From a virus (lineage: Duplodnaviria; Heunggongvirae; Uroviricota; Caudoviricetes), in the IMG/VR virus record IMGVR_UViG_3300031088_000819: a stretch of DNA of 14,014 nucleotides, one strand, 5' to 3'. The notes beneath the pieces are model-generated. The model searched no databases. It was given only the letters and a program-made list of their open reading frames with translations, and was not told the origin of the DNA. Positions 6,200-14,014 of the stretch are shown piece after piece; position 1 is the first letter of the stretch, and each line of letters begins with the position of its first letter. A program made the position numbers and the translations under genes.

Positions 6200-7960
6200 G
6201 TGAGTAAATTTATCACCACAATCCTCGCAGGTAGCCTCGTGTTTTCTCCCCTGTCGGCCGTTGCGGCTCAGGATTCTAGCGAAGAGCCTGCTCCCCTGCC
6301 CAGCTTCGAAGCTGCCATCCCCACTGCCCCTCCCGTGACCCAGATGCCTCTTCCCGTCGAGGAAGAGAACCCCACGGAGACACCGTCACCGAGCCCTTCT
6401 CCTTCGGATCTCCCCACTGTGGCGCCTCAGCCAAAGGCGGAGGTTCCAGAAGTTGAGCTTTCGGAGGTCGAGGAATCCCCTGCTTCCGAAGAGCCCGCCG
6501 AGGAGACCCCTGAGGATGTCCCCCAGGAGGACCTCGAGGCGGTTCAGGAGAAGTCTGCCGATGATCTCGAGCTCGATGCCGCTCTGCAGGCGAGCGCTAA
6601 GAAGGTGGTCAATGGTAACTATGTGCTTCCCCTGGCCTCCAAGAGCTACTGGCTTTCGAGCTATTTCGGTCCTCGCTGCCCCGTGGCTCCGGGTGCTAGC
6701 ACCTTCCATGGCGCCATCGACATGGCTGCACCGCGTGGTACTGATCTCTACGCTATTACCAGCGGCACGGTTGAATCCGTTGACCGAGCCAACGGCACAC
6801 TGAGGATTCGCTTCTCCAAGGATCTTCTCATTAGCTTCGGCCACATTGACAACCCCACGAAGTTCGTGAGCATCGGCCAGAAGGTCTCCAAGGGCCAGAA
6901 GGTCGCCGAGGTTGGCAACACGGGCATCTCCAACGGTCCCCACCTCCACCTCGCTATCCAGCACAAGGGCACTTGGGTTGATCCTCTGAAGTTCCTCGCT
7001 GATCGCGGCATCAATGTGAAGAGCCACGCTACTCGTGTGGCGGCAAACACTCCCACGAATTGCACTGTCTACACAACCGCTAAGACGGGGCTCAAGCAGT
7101 CTGCTAGCAATGATTCTAAGACCCTGCGGGTGCTCCCCAAGGGCACTCAGCTCTCCATGGCTGCCACTAACTCTTCGGGTTTCTGGAAGGTGAAGACAAC
7201 CGATGGTAAGACGGGTTACATCCACGCCCAGCGAGCCAGCACCCACAAGAACCCGAACACTCAGCCTAGCGTTTCCTACGGTTCCCGCAAGGCCAATGAG
7301 AAGTACTCTCTCCGCTATTCGCGCCATCTCTTCGACTACCCCGGTAGGACCGAGTGGTCCCGAGGCATCATGGAGACAATTAAGGCCAAGCAGCATGTTG
7401 TGACCACTGGCCGCACGGCTAACGGCTACACTGAGGTTAAGTGGGGATCCCAGAAGGGCTGGCTGGCTCTGGATGCCGCTGATAAGGTCACGGAGAAGCC
7501 CAAGAGCGTGTCTGTCTACCGCTTCTGGTCTCCCAAGTTCGGCGATGCCCACTTCTATACCTCCAACAAGGCTGAGGCCGACAAGGTCCGCACAACTGAC
7601 AAGAACTGGACTTACGAGGGCGTGGATTTCAAGATCTGGCCCCTCCAGGGTGGCAAGTGCGCTGAGGGAACTGCCCCCATCCATCGCTTCTGGTCTTCGA
7701 AGCTGAGCTCCCACCTCTACACTGCTAGCGCTACCGAAGCCAAGAATCTCCGCAAGGCTGGTTCGGGTTGGTCGTCGGACGGCATTGTCTTCTGTGGTGG
7801 CACCCAGGCGGCCAGTGGCACTAAGGCTGTCCATCGCTTCTGGTCCCCGAAGTTCAAGAAGTATTTCTACACCGCTAACCAGGCGGAGGCTAAGAAGATC
7901 CGCAGTAGCGACCGCAACTGGAACTACGAGGGTGTGTCCTTCTATGCTCCCAACTCCTAA
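6200..7960 (+). CDS. Secreted M23-family peptidoglycan endopeptidase with two SH3-like domains and three C-terminal RFWS..HFYT repeats (DUF5648-like)
   Basis: ORF is open from 6146. GTG 6200 is preferred because it starts a signal peptide (SKFITTILAGSLVFSPLSAVAA). A Pro/Glu linker follows, then Zn motifs HGAID (HxxxD) and HLH, SH3b-like blocks ending KTGYIH and KGWLA, and three repeats V/I-Y/H-RFWS..H/Y-F/L-YT..EA. Confidence 0.9.
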   Translation: MSKFITTILAGSLVFSPLSAVAAQDSSEEPAPLPSFEAAIPTAPPVTQMPLPVEEENPTETPSPSPSPSDLPTVAPQPKAEVPEVELSEVEESPASEEPAEETPEDVPQEDLEAVQEKSADDLELDAALQASAKKVVNGNYVLPLASKSYWLSSYFGPRCPVAPGASTFHGAIDMAAPRGTDLYAITSGTVESVDRANGTLRIRFSKDLLISFGHIDNPTKFVSIGQKVSKGQKVAEVGNTGISNGPHLHLAIQHKGTWVDPLKFLADRGINVKSHATRVAANTPTNCTVYTTAKTGLKQSASNDSKTLRVLPKGTQLSMAATNSSGFWKVKTTDGKTGYIHAQRASTHKNPNTQPSVSYGSRKANEKYSLRYSRHLFDYPGRTEWSRGIMETIKAKQHVVTTGRTANGYTEVKWGSQKGWLALDAADKVTEKPKSVSVYRFWSPKFGDAHFYTSNKAEADKVRTTDKNWTYEGVDFKIWPLQGGKCAEGTAPIHRFWSSKLSSHLYTASATEAKNLRKAGSGWSSDGIVFCGGTQAASGTKAVHRFWSPKFKKYFYTANQAEAKKIRSSDRNWNYEGVSFYAPNS

Positions 7961-7993
7961 GCGCTAAGCTGCCGGATTGCTCCGGTAAACCCT

Positions 7994-8030
7994 AGAGGGT
8001 CGGAACCATTTGGTTCCGGCCCTCTTTTGT
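7994..8030 (+). terminator. Intrinsic terminator after the M23 gene
   Basis: AGAGGGTCGGAACC-attt-GGTTCCGGCCCTCT, a 14-bp stem with one G-U pair, followed by TTTGT. Confidence 0.85.
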
Positions 8031-8169
8031 AGCGCTGGAGAGGGTAGGGTTGGACGGGGCGGCGATGTGATATGCCAAAGAAATAACTAAAGATTTTCGG
8101 TGCTAAATTAGCGCGCGAAATGCCCCTTTGACATCTAACCAGAGCAGTTTTCTTGCCAGAAGGAATGTA

Positions 8170-11100
8170 ATGTACAGAAAAAAGAAACCCACTGGAGATT
8201 CTTTCTTCAGGAAAAAAATAGTACCGCTTGCCCTCGTGGGTAGTTTAGTTTCCGGTGGGCTCATTCTCACCGCGGCTCCAGCTAATGCAGACATTCCTGG
8301 TGCCACTGTCTCCGGTTGGGATGGAGAGCCGATTGCTGTTGGGCCGAATGTTGAATCGGAAGTTGTTAGCCTCTCTGGTCTTCGGCCGGGAGCGGACGTA
8401 ATCTACTACAGGAACATCAGCAGCACTGGCCAGCTGAACTCTTCTTTTACCAACGTGGGAGCTAGGCTAACGGTTGGCGAAGATGGCACCCTCGATGCGC
8501 CAATTGGTTGGTTCGCAGCCTCCTCTGCCCCAGCCTATAACATAACCCTTGGAGCAGACGGTAAAATCAACTGGGCTGCAAAAACAACCTCCGCGGGCAA
8601 GGTGAGGCTCGTTCAGGAGCAAGAGAGCGGCCAAACTAACATCAATAATCCCGACAACTACTTCGAGTTCCCTGTAGAACTAGAGGAACATGTGCCGGAA
8701 GTTGGAGAGCTTCCAGCGGATGGCTATGTGGGCAGTGAGATCACAGCAGAGGTTGGCAATGTTCAAGCGTCAGCTCGCACCAATCCTGTAAACACGGGTC
8801 AAGGACGTGGGAATTCAGCAACTGCGGCTGCCCTTGAGCTTCTGGACGCTTCAGATGGGAGTCTCGCCCGTAAGAACGTATCCTACAGTGAAACTGATGC
8901 CAATGGAGATCAGACACTCACTATTAGGATTCCCGAAAATGCACCAAGTGGCACTGCCACTCTCCAAGCCGGCGGCATGTCAAATATTGAAACATTGAAT
9001 AGCCCTCTGAGCGATACCCGCTTGGCTGAAGCCGCCATGGAGAGGGTTGACCCCAGTGAGATCTCTCTGGTTGAGCTTCCCGGCGGAGATGATGAAACCT
9101 ACGATCAAGTGGTAATGGACATTCCGTTCTCTGGTGATGATCTCCTCGGACTCGAACGAGATTTCACCATCTATACGGCTCTGCTGGAAAATGTAAATCC
9201 CGTTGAAAAGGGCGATTTCGTAGTTGTCAGCGGAGCCGACTATCGCCCCGGCGACGTAGTACTCGTTAGCGTGGATGGCGTGGGAGCCATTGAGGTTGAA
9301 GTAGATGCAGATGGCAACTACTTGGCGGAGATTCCAACCACAGAATCGACGCCCTCCGGTGAACACGCTGTAGTGGTAACTACTCCAAATGCCGATGCGC
9401 CTCGCCGCACAGGTGTGGCAGAGGTTGAGGGGGATGACTCAGCCCCAATAGCATCTGCAGAGCTTGTCGTCCCAACGAGGACATTCGATGTCACTGGAAC
9501 TGGATTCACTCCGGGTGTTACCTATAGGCTTAATCTCGTCGATACGGCCAACGGAAATGCTCTTAGCTCTAGCGTTACGGGTAGATCCCTCATCACCAAT
9601 GCCGAAATGGGTGCGTCAGTGACGGGGGTCGCCGACGATGAAGGGAATCTCACCATCACGGCGGCATTCGATCCCGCAAAAGCTCCCCACGAAGTGCGAA
9701 ACGCAAATGGCGAGCTCCTCCCCAATAGGATGGCCATTACAGTGCAAGGAAGCAGCGAGATAGTTGCCGAACTACCCTTTACGATCTTCCATGCTGATCC
9801 CGCGATTGACGAGATTCCCAAGGAAGTCTACGCTGGCCAAGAAGTGGCTGTGGTCGGTCACAATCTGTTCAAGCTCGAAGGTGCTGGCGCAGGCATCTAT
9901 GGCGGACTCGTTCGTACTAGCTTGGGCATTCTCGGACTTCCCGAAGACGCCCCCATCGATCTCAATGCTTTCCTCATCAATGTTAAGGACTTCGAAGCTG
10001 CAGGTCAACTCGAAGGAACCGTAGAGGAAAAATTCGCTGCGATGAGGGCGGCGGTTGCTGATCTGGGAAGCGCAGCCGTTGAAAACATTGGAGACAGTGC
10101 TACAATCGCCCTACGAGTGCCCTCCGATGCAAAGTCGGGCGAATACATGATTATGCAGCACGCCTATGCGAATCCCGCCTATGTGATTGGTTCGGGTGCT
10201 GTTGAATCTGGCGCTGGAGTCACCCAGGAGCTTACAGTTAGGACAGCAATACTCAATGATACAGACGCTGTAAAGCAAGGCGAAACAATCGTGGTAACCG
10301 GTTCCGATTACATCCCCGGTGACACTGTAACAGTTACCATCGAGGGCATCGGCGAAAGAACCGCTGTCGTTGCTGATGATGGAAGCTATTCCGTCGAGTT
10401 CCAAACTACTGGAGCTACTACTGTTGGAAATCACACTGTAACAGCAGTTGTTGAAAACGCTCCCACTCGCGAAGGCTCTGTAGAGGTAATTGCCGACGAG
10501 CAGGTCGTCTACGATCCCGTAGTTGAAGCTGGTTCCAGCGTGCCCGGTGGAGAACTCCCCGTGTCCGGTGGTGGTTGGATCCCAGGTAACGAAGTTGAGA
10601 TCGTTCTTACAGATCCCGACGGTAACCCCGTGGGCGAATCCGTAGTGGTCACAATAGATGAAGATGGCAACATCCCCGAGGGCACAGTTCTTCCAGTTCC
10701 CGAAGGTGCTGAACCTGGAAGCTACACTGTGGTTGCCACCGATCCCGTAGCTGAACTTGTCAGGGAGGCTCCAGCGGAAATCGTTCCCTCCGAGGGTCCC
10801 GAAGTTCCCGTCTACGACCCCACAATTAGCGGAGAAAACGTCGAAGCAGGACAGCGTGCTGCTATCGAGGGTGGCGGATGGCCAGCTCTTACAGAGGTTG
10901 AGATCGTCATCCTTGACGAAAATGGTAACACCATCGGGGAACCCATCACTGTTATAACAGATGAGAATGGAAACCTTCCCGAAGGCACTTCCTATCTCAT
11001 TCCCGAAGGCACTACACCAGGAAGCTACATAGTACGCGGTTCTACCGAAGAGGGTCTTGTGAGAGAGTCTACTCTCGCAGTTCTTCCCACAGAGCAAGAA

Positions 11101-11511
11101 CCCGGTGAGCCTGGTGAACCTGGTGAACCTGGAGAGCCCGGTGAACCTGGGGAGCCTGGAGAGCCCGGTCAGCCCGGTCAGCCCGGTGAACCTGGTGAGC
11201 CTGGAGAGCCTGGTGAGCCTGGTCAGCCCGGGGAACCTGGTGAGCCTGGAGAACCTGGTGAGCCTGGAGAGCCTGGAGAGCCTGGAGAAACAGAAATTCC
11301 CACTCCCACAGATCCTGGTAAGAAACCAGAACCCCAGGAGAATGGCAACGAAGAAGGTCGTAACGGTGGCGCTAAGACAGATCCCGAAGAGGGCTCCCTC
11401 GCAAAAACCGGTGGTGAAGTTGCTACTCCGCTACTTGTAGGAGCTGGTGCTACAATCCTCGGAGGATTGGCGCTTCTCATTGGTGGTCTTCGCCGGCGTT
11501 TCCGCGCCTAA
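8170..11511 (+). CDS. Large sortase-anchored surface protein with Ig-like repeats, collagen-like stalk and LAxTG sorting signal
   Basis: AGGA at 8161-8164 before ATG 8170 (ORF track starts at TTG 8128). Signal peptide ending AAPANA; several V.V.G.G(Y/F/W).PG..V beta-sandwich repeats; (PGE/Q)21; LAKTG followed by a hydrophobic helix and RRRFRA tail. Confidence 0.92.
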   Translation: MYRKKKPTGDSFFRKKIVPLALVGSLVSGGLILTAAPANADIPGATVSGWDGEPIAVGPNVESEVVSLSGLRPGADVIYYRNISSTGQLNSSFTNVGARLTVGEDGTLDAPIGWFAASSAPAYNITLGADGKINWAAKTTSAGKVRLVQEQESGQTNINNPDNYFEFPVELEEHVPEVGELPADGYVGSEITAEVGNVQASARTNPVNTGQGRGNSATAAALELLDASDGSLARKNVSYSETDANGDQTLTIRIPENAPSGTATLQAGGMSNIETLNSPLSDTRLAEAAMERVDPSEISLVELPGGDDETYDQVVMDIPFSGDDLLGLERDFTIYTALLENVNPVEKGDFVVVSGADYRPGDVVLVSVDGVGAIEVEVDADGNYLAEIPTTESTPSGEHAVVVTTPNADAPRRTGVAEVEGDDSAPIASAELVVPTRTFDVTGTGFTPGVTYRLNLVDTANGNALSSSVTGRSLITNAEMGASVTGVADDEGNLTITAAFDPAKAPHEVRNANGELLPNRMAITVQGSSEIVAELPFTIFHADPAIDEIPKEVYAGQEVAVVGHNLFKLEGAGAGIYGGLVRTSLGILGLPEDAPIDLNAFLINVKDFEAAGQLEGTVEEKFAAMRAAVADLGSAAVENIGDSATIALRVPSDAKSGEYMIMQHAYANPAYVIGSGAVESGAGVTQELTVRTAILNDTDAVKQGETIVVTGSDYIPGDTVTVTIEGIGERTAVVADDGSYSVEFQTTGATTVGNHTVTAVVENAPTREGSVEVIADEQVVYDPVVEAGSSVPGGELPVSGGGWIPGNEVEIVLTDPDGNPVGESVVVTIDEDGNIPEGTVLPVPEGAEPGSYTVVATDPVAELVREAPAEIVPSEGPEVPVYDPTISGENVEAGQRAAIEGGGWPALTEVEIVILDENGNTIGEPITVITDENGNLPEGTSYLIPEGTTPGSYIVRGSTEEGLVRESTLAVLPTEQEPGEPGEPGEPGEPGEPGEPGEPGQPGQPGEPGEPGEPGEPGQPGEPGEPGEPGEPGEPGEPGETEIPTPTDPGKKPEPQENGNEEGRNGGAKTDPEEGSLAKTGGEVATPLLVGAGATILGGLALLIGGLRRRFRA
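11101..11289 (+). repeat. In-frame 9-bp tandem repeat encoding 21 x Pro-Gly-Glu/Gln
   Basis: CC(C/T)GGN(G/C)A(A/G) repeated 21 times, counted from the sequence; synonymous variation between copies. Confidence 0.97.
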
Positions 11512-11556
11512 AAGCTGGCTATCATAGGTATGCTCTAGGATAGTTATTTGGGCATC

Positions 11557-11598
11557 AGAAGAGGCCTTGGACGCGCGTCCAAGGCCTCTTCTTGTTTG
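11557..11598. terminator. Perfect 36-bp palindrome, likely terminator
   Basis: AGAAGAGGCCTTGGACGC|GCGTCCAAGGCCTCTTCT at 11557-11592, followed by TGTTTG, ~45 nt after the surface-protein stop. Confidence 0.75.
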
Positions 11599-11739
11599 AA
11601 GCTGTTGGGGCTATGTAGCTGGTGAGTTGCCGAATGGCTTTTAGTGGTGTAGCATAGGTCTATGGATACCAATAAGGCTGTTTTCGGCTCGATGGTGTCT
11701 TTGAGGGCGTTCTCGAGGTTAACTTGAAGGGATTGGCTG

Positions 11740-12111
11740 ATGGCCAACTGTGCGGCTTGTGGATTAGAGCTCAAAGCTGTGGAGCCTACCACTCCAGATT
11801 CTGAATCCACCTATCAGTTCGACAACGCTCTCTGGATCGGATTTTTCGGCGGCTACAGCATGTTTGTGGACGACATCGACAGGAGTTTTGGCCACAGCGC
11901 ACCGATGCTCGAAGGGGCTGCAGAAGAGGCTGTGATTTGCCATGACTGCGCCCACGAACTCTGTGAGCGAATGCCTTGGATCGGGAATCTTCTCAAGCCC
12001 TGGCTTTCCCATGCGCACAGCAAGGAGTTCTGGGAGAAGAATCCCCACCACGTAGGCTGGGACAGGCCCGACCTCTCTGGCGAATCACCAACGGATGCTG
12101 AGCAGCGCTAA
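11740..12111 (+). CDS. Hypothetical protein with two CxxC motifs (putative Zn-binding)
   Basis: CAAC at the N-terminus and CHDC(AH..C) later; AAGGGA 7 nt before the ATG; coherent core FFGGYSMFVD. Confidence 0.75.
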   Translation: MANCAACGLELKAVEPTTPDSESTYQFDNALWIGFFGGYSMFVDDIDRSFGHSAPMLEGAAEEAVICHDCAHELCERMPWIGNLLKPWLSHAHSKEFWEKNPHHVGWDRPDLSGESPTDAEQR

Positions 12112-12141
12112 GCGCTGACTAGCGATGGAGACCTAAATCCT

Positions 12142-12615
12142 ATGTATGTTTTCGAAGAGCGGGGCCAATCGAATCCGCAGGCCTCTTCTGTAGAAAAGCT
12201 TTCTAGCGATGCTGCTACTCAAATCAGCTATATTCCTCCGGTCTACGAAGATCCAGTGGCTGTTTTTAATAGGGTTCTCATAGAGGCCTACGAGTTGGGC
12301 CGGAGGCTCACAGCACTTGAGGTTAAAGAGCTCGCAGTGGCTGCCATCGAAGATGATTGGCCAAAAGATTTCCCCTTTAGGAGCCAGCTCCATAGGGACA
12401 TTCAGCTGAGGCTCGATGGAAAGTTCATCGGTGTGGAGCGCGATGTTCAGGAGAACAAGAGGTGGCAGACACTTATCCCAATTGCAGGCGGCTCTGCTCC
12501 GGTATCCACTTACCCTAAAATCATGGCGGCAATCCGCGAATCGCTGTCCTACTACCCCAAGGATCGATGGCGGCTACTCCGCAAAAAGCCCCGCGTTCCG
12601 AAGGCTCATAGATAG
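12142..12615 (+). CDS. Hypothetical protein
   Basis: 157-aa ORF packed between co-oriented genes, GGAG upstream, basic C-terminal tail. No family recognised. Confidence 0.65.
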   Translation: MYVFEERGQSNPQASSVEKLSSDAATQISYIPPVYEDPVAVFNRVLIEAYELGRRLTALEVKELAVAAIEDDWPKDFPFRSQLHRDIQLRLDGKFIGVERDVQENKRWQTLIPIAGGSAPVSTYPKIMAAIRESLSYYPKDRWRLLRKKPRVPKAHR

Positions 12616-12641
12616 CTGTTCCAATGGGATGCAGATTAGTG

Positions 12642-12647
12642 TATGAT
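12642..12647 (+). promoter_or_regulatory. -10 element (TATGAT) for a probably leaderless exonuclease transcript
   Basis: TATGAT followed by exactly 6 nt and then ATG 12654, the same spacing as at glf. No strong SD. Confidence 0.5.
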
Positions 12648-12653
12648 GGAACT

Positions 12654-13295
12654 ATGAATAGATCAACCATCCCTCCAGCGCTGGGGCCTCGGATTCCTGT
12701 GCCAACGGGCAACTTCGTCATCCTCGACTTTGAGGCCACCTGTTCAGATAAGAACGAGTTCTCCCGCTCAGAGATGGAAATCATCGAGATCGGCGCAGTC
12801 GCCTACGATGATGATCTCAACTATCTGGAAAGCTTCTCTTCCTTTGTGGCGCCCGTGCGGAATCCCCTGCTCACAGATTTTTGCAAGGAGCTCACCACCA
12901 TCACTCAGGCGGATGTGGATGCTGCCGAGCCCTTCTACCAGGTGGCCTCGGGTCTGAGCCTTTGGGCTGCGGAGCTGGAGATCAGCTGGTGGGGCTCCTG
13001 GGGTGACTACGACCGCAAGCAGCTCACACAGGATGTCCGCTACCACAGGGTTCCAGATCCCCTTCCTCAGCCCCACTTCAACATCAAGGAGGGCTTCTCT
13101 AGCCGCCAGGGGCTCAAAAAGCGGTTGGGCTGTGCAGGAGCGGTGAAGCTGGCAGGTCTTGAGTTCGAAGGCACTCTCCACAGGGGCGTAGATGATGCCA
13201 CCATGATGGGGAAGCTGCTCCCGTTCATTCTAGGCGATCAGCGGGTTCCCAGCCGCGACTATCCCGCTAGCTCTGTGGAAGAGCGGCGTAAGTAG
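12654..13295 (+). CDS. DEDDh 3'-5' exonuclease, ERI1/3'hExo/KapD-like
   Basis: ILDFEATC..EIIEIGAV (ExoI), FVAPVRNPLLTDFCKELTTITQADVD, WGSWGDYD (ExoII), LHRGVDDA (ExoIII). ORF is open from 12624; ATG 12654 preferred. Confidence 0.92.
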   Translation: MNRSTIPPALGPRIPVPTGNFVILDFEATCSDKNEFSRSEMEIIEIGAVAYDDDLNYLESFSSFVAPVRNPLLTDFCKELTTITQADVDAAEPFYQVASGLSLWAAELEISWWGSWGDYDRKQLTQDVRYHRVPDPLPQPHFNIKEGFSSRQGLKKRLGCAGAVKLAGLEFEGTLHRGVDDATMMGKLLPFILGDQRVPSRDYPASSVEERRK

Positions 13296-13318
13296 AACCC
13301 CAAAGAAAAGAGCGCAAA

Positions 13319-13753
13319 ATGACCCCCGCAGATTTCCCTGCAGCCGACTATACCACCGCTATTGTCGTCGGTCTCATCTTTCTTGCCACAATAGTTGTGG
13401 CGGTGATTGGTTTTACGCTAACGATGGAGAACGCTGTTCGTCGGATTAGCTATTTCCTCGGCGTCACGGGAGTTCTAGTGGTGGTAAGCGCCATGGGTAT
13501 TTGGAGCTATTTCCTTATAGGTGGCGCTGAAGACAGGCGCAATGAGCTAATAGGCTCTGCAGTGGAAGAATGGCTACAGGAGGACTACGGTATTTCTGCC
13601 TCCATTGATGCCAATGCAGGATTGCTGGATGATCCTAAGATCGAGGGCATGAGAGTGAGCGACGGGGAAAGAATGCTTACTATCGTGCTCGAAGGTGGAA
13701 GCAGCTATGCCCTTGTGGATGACGATTCCAAAGTAATAGAGCCCCACCAGTGA
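13319..13753 (+). CDS. Hypothetical membrane protein with two N-terminal TM helices
   Basis: Hydrophobic segments AIVVGLIFLATIVVAVIGFTL and YFLGVTGVLVVVSAMGIWSYFLI, followed by a polar acidic domain. Confidence 0.75.
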   Translation: MTPADFPAADYTTAIVVGLIFLATIVVAVIGFTLTMENAVRRISYFLGVTGVLVVVSAMGIWSYFLIGGAEDRRNELIGSAVEEWLQEDYGISASIDANAGLLDDPKIEGMRVSDGERMLTIVLEGGSSYALVDDDSKVIEPHQ

Positions 13754-13780
13754 GCAGTAACGAGAAGATCGGATGATTCC

Positions 13781-14014
13781 ATGATGTCCTTAGATAAAGT
13801 AGCCCCCTCCGAAGCGGAAAGTGATCTCCGCGGTAAAGAGCCTAGGCATGTTCGGGGAGCGAAGTTCCTGGATTCTGACACAGGAGAGATCTATGAAGCC
13901 ATCATGGGAGAGCTTCCCGGGAGCGGCATGGGTGATAGGCCTCTGTGGCTCCGCCTATCGGATAGGAATCTTCTGAGATCCGTTGATCTTCCCGCAACTC
14001 TTGTGATGATCTGG
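13781..14014 (+). CDS. Hypothetical protein, 5' part only (runs off the window)
   Basis: Reading from ATG 13781 gives 78 stop-free codons to the end of the window (MMSLDKVAPSEAES...DLPATLVMIW), co-oriented with its neighbours. Not in the supplied ORF track. Confidence 0.5.
   Translation, partial: MMSLDKVAPSEAESDLRGKEPRHVRGAKFLDSDTGEIYEAIMGELPGSGMGDRPLWLRLSDRNLLRSVDLPATLVMIW

Noticed and set aside
6386-7834. 482-aa minus-strand ORF
   Set aside because: Antisense shadow of the M23 gene, which has clear motifs; the product has no recognisable features, and biased codon usage on the sense strand explains the lack of stops.
8128-8133. Perfect TTGACA -35 hexamer upstream of the surface protein
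   Set aside because: No TAnnnT at 16-18 nt downstream (TCTTGC at 8151), so a promoter cannot be supported.
11101-11289. Tandem repeat considered as a CRISPR array or VNTR element
   Set aside because: No spacers; in frame, with variation mainly at synonymous positions, so it is a protein-coding repeat.
10111-11480. 328-aa and 85-aa minus-strand ORFs and the 111-aa +strand alternative frame (SLVNLV/SPVSPV repeats)
   Set aside because: By-products of the surface-protein gene and its 9-bp repeat.
11544-11810. 88-aa minus-strand ORF ending near the palindrome
   Set aside because: Overlaps the start of the CxxC gene, has no SD or recognisable motif, and would be the only minus-strand gene.

Overview
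A 14-kb stretch in which every credible gene lies on the + strand. It looks actinobacterial (Micrococcales-like): NucS/EndoMS homolog, LAxTG sortase signal and leaderless-type TAnnnT promoters. It does not look like ordinary chromosome, and I infer a large plasmid, prophage or jumbo phage. In order: divergent NucS endonuclease; thioredoxin; an acidic protein with an N-terminal H-C-C-H leader; UDP-galactopyranose mutase (Glf) with an extra C-terminal winged-helix-like domain; a phage-type ParB/Srx protein ending in a SAP/Rho-N-like motif, translationally coupled to a TAGT/GREB1-like glycosyltransferase; a secreted M23 peptidase with SH3-like and repeat domains; a ~1,110-aa sortase-anchored Ig-repeat/collagen-like surface protein; two hypotheticals; an ERI1-like DEDDh exonuclease; a membrane protein; and a truncated ORF. 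The top candidate for a new system is glf-wHTH + parB-SAP + TAGT, which could hypermodify DNA with a furanose sugar (galactofuranose or arabinofuranose). This is inference: no enzyme making the acceptor base is visible in the window. All family assignments come from motif recognition by eye; no searches were run.
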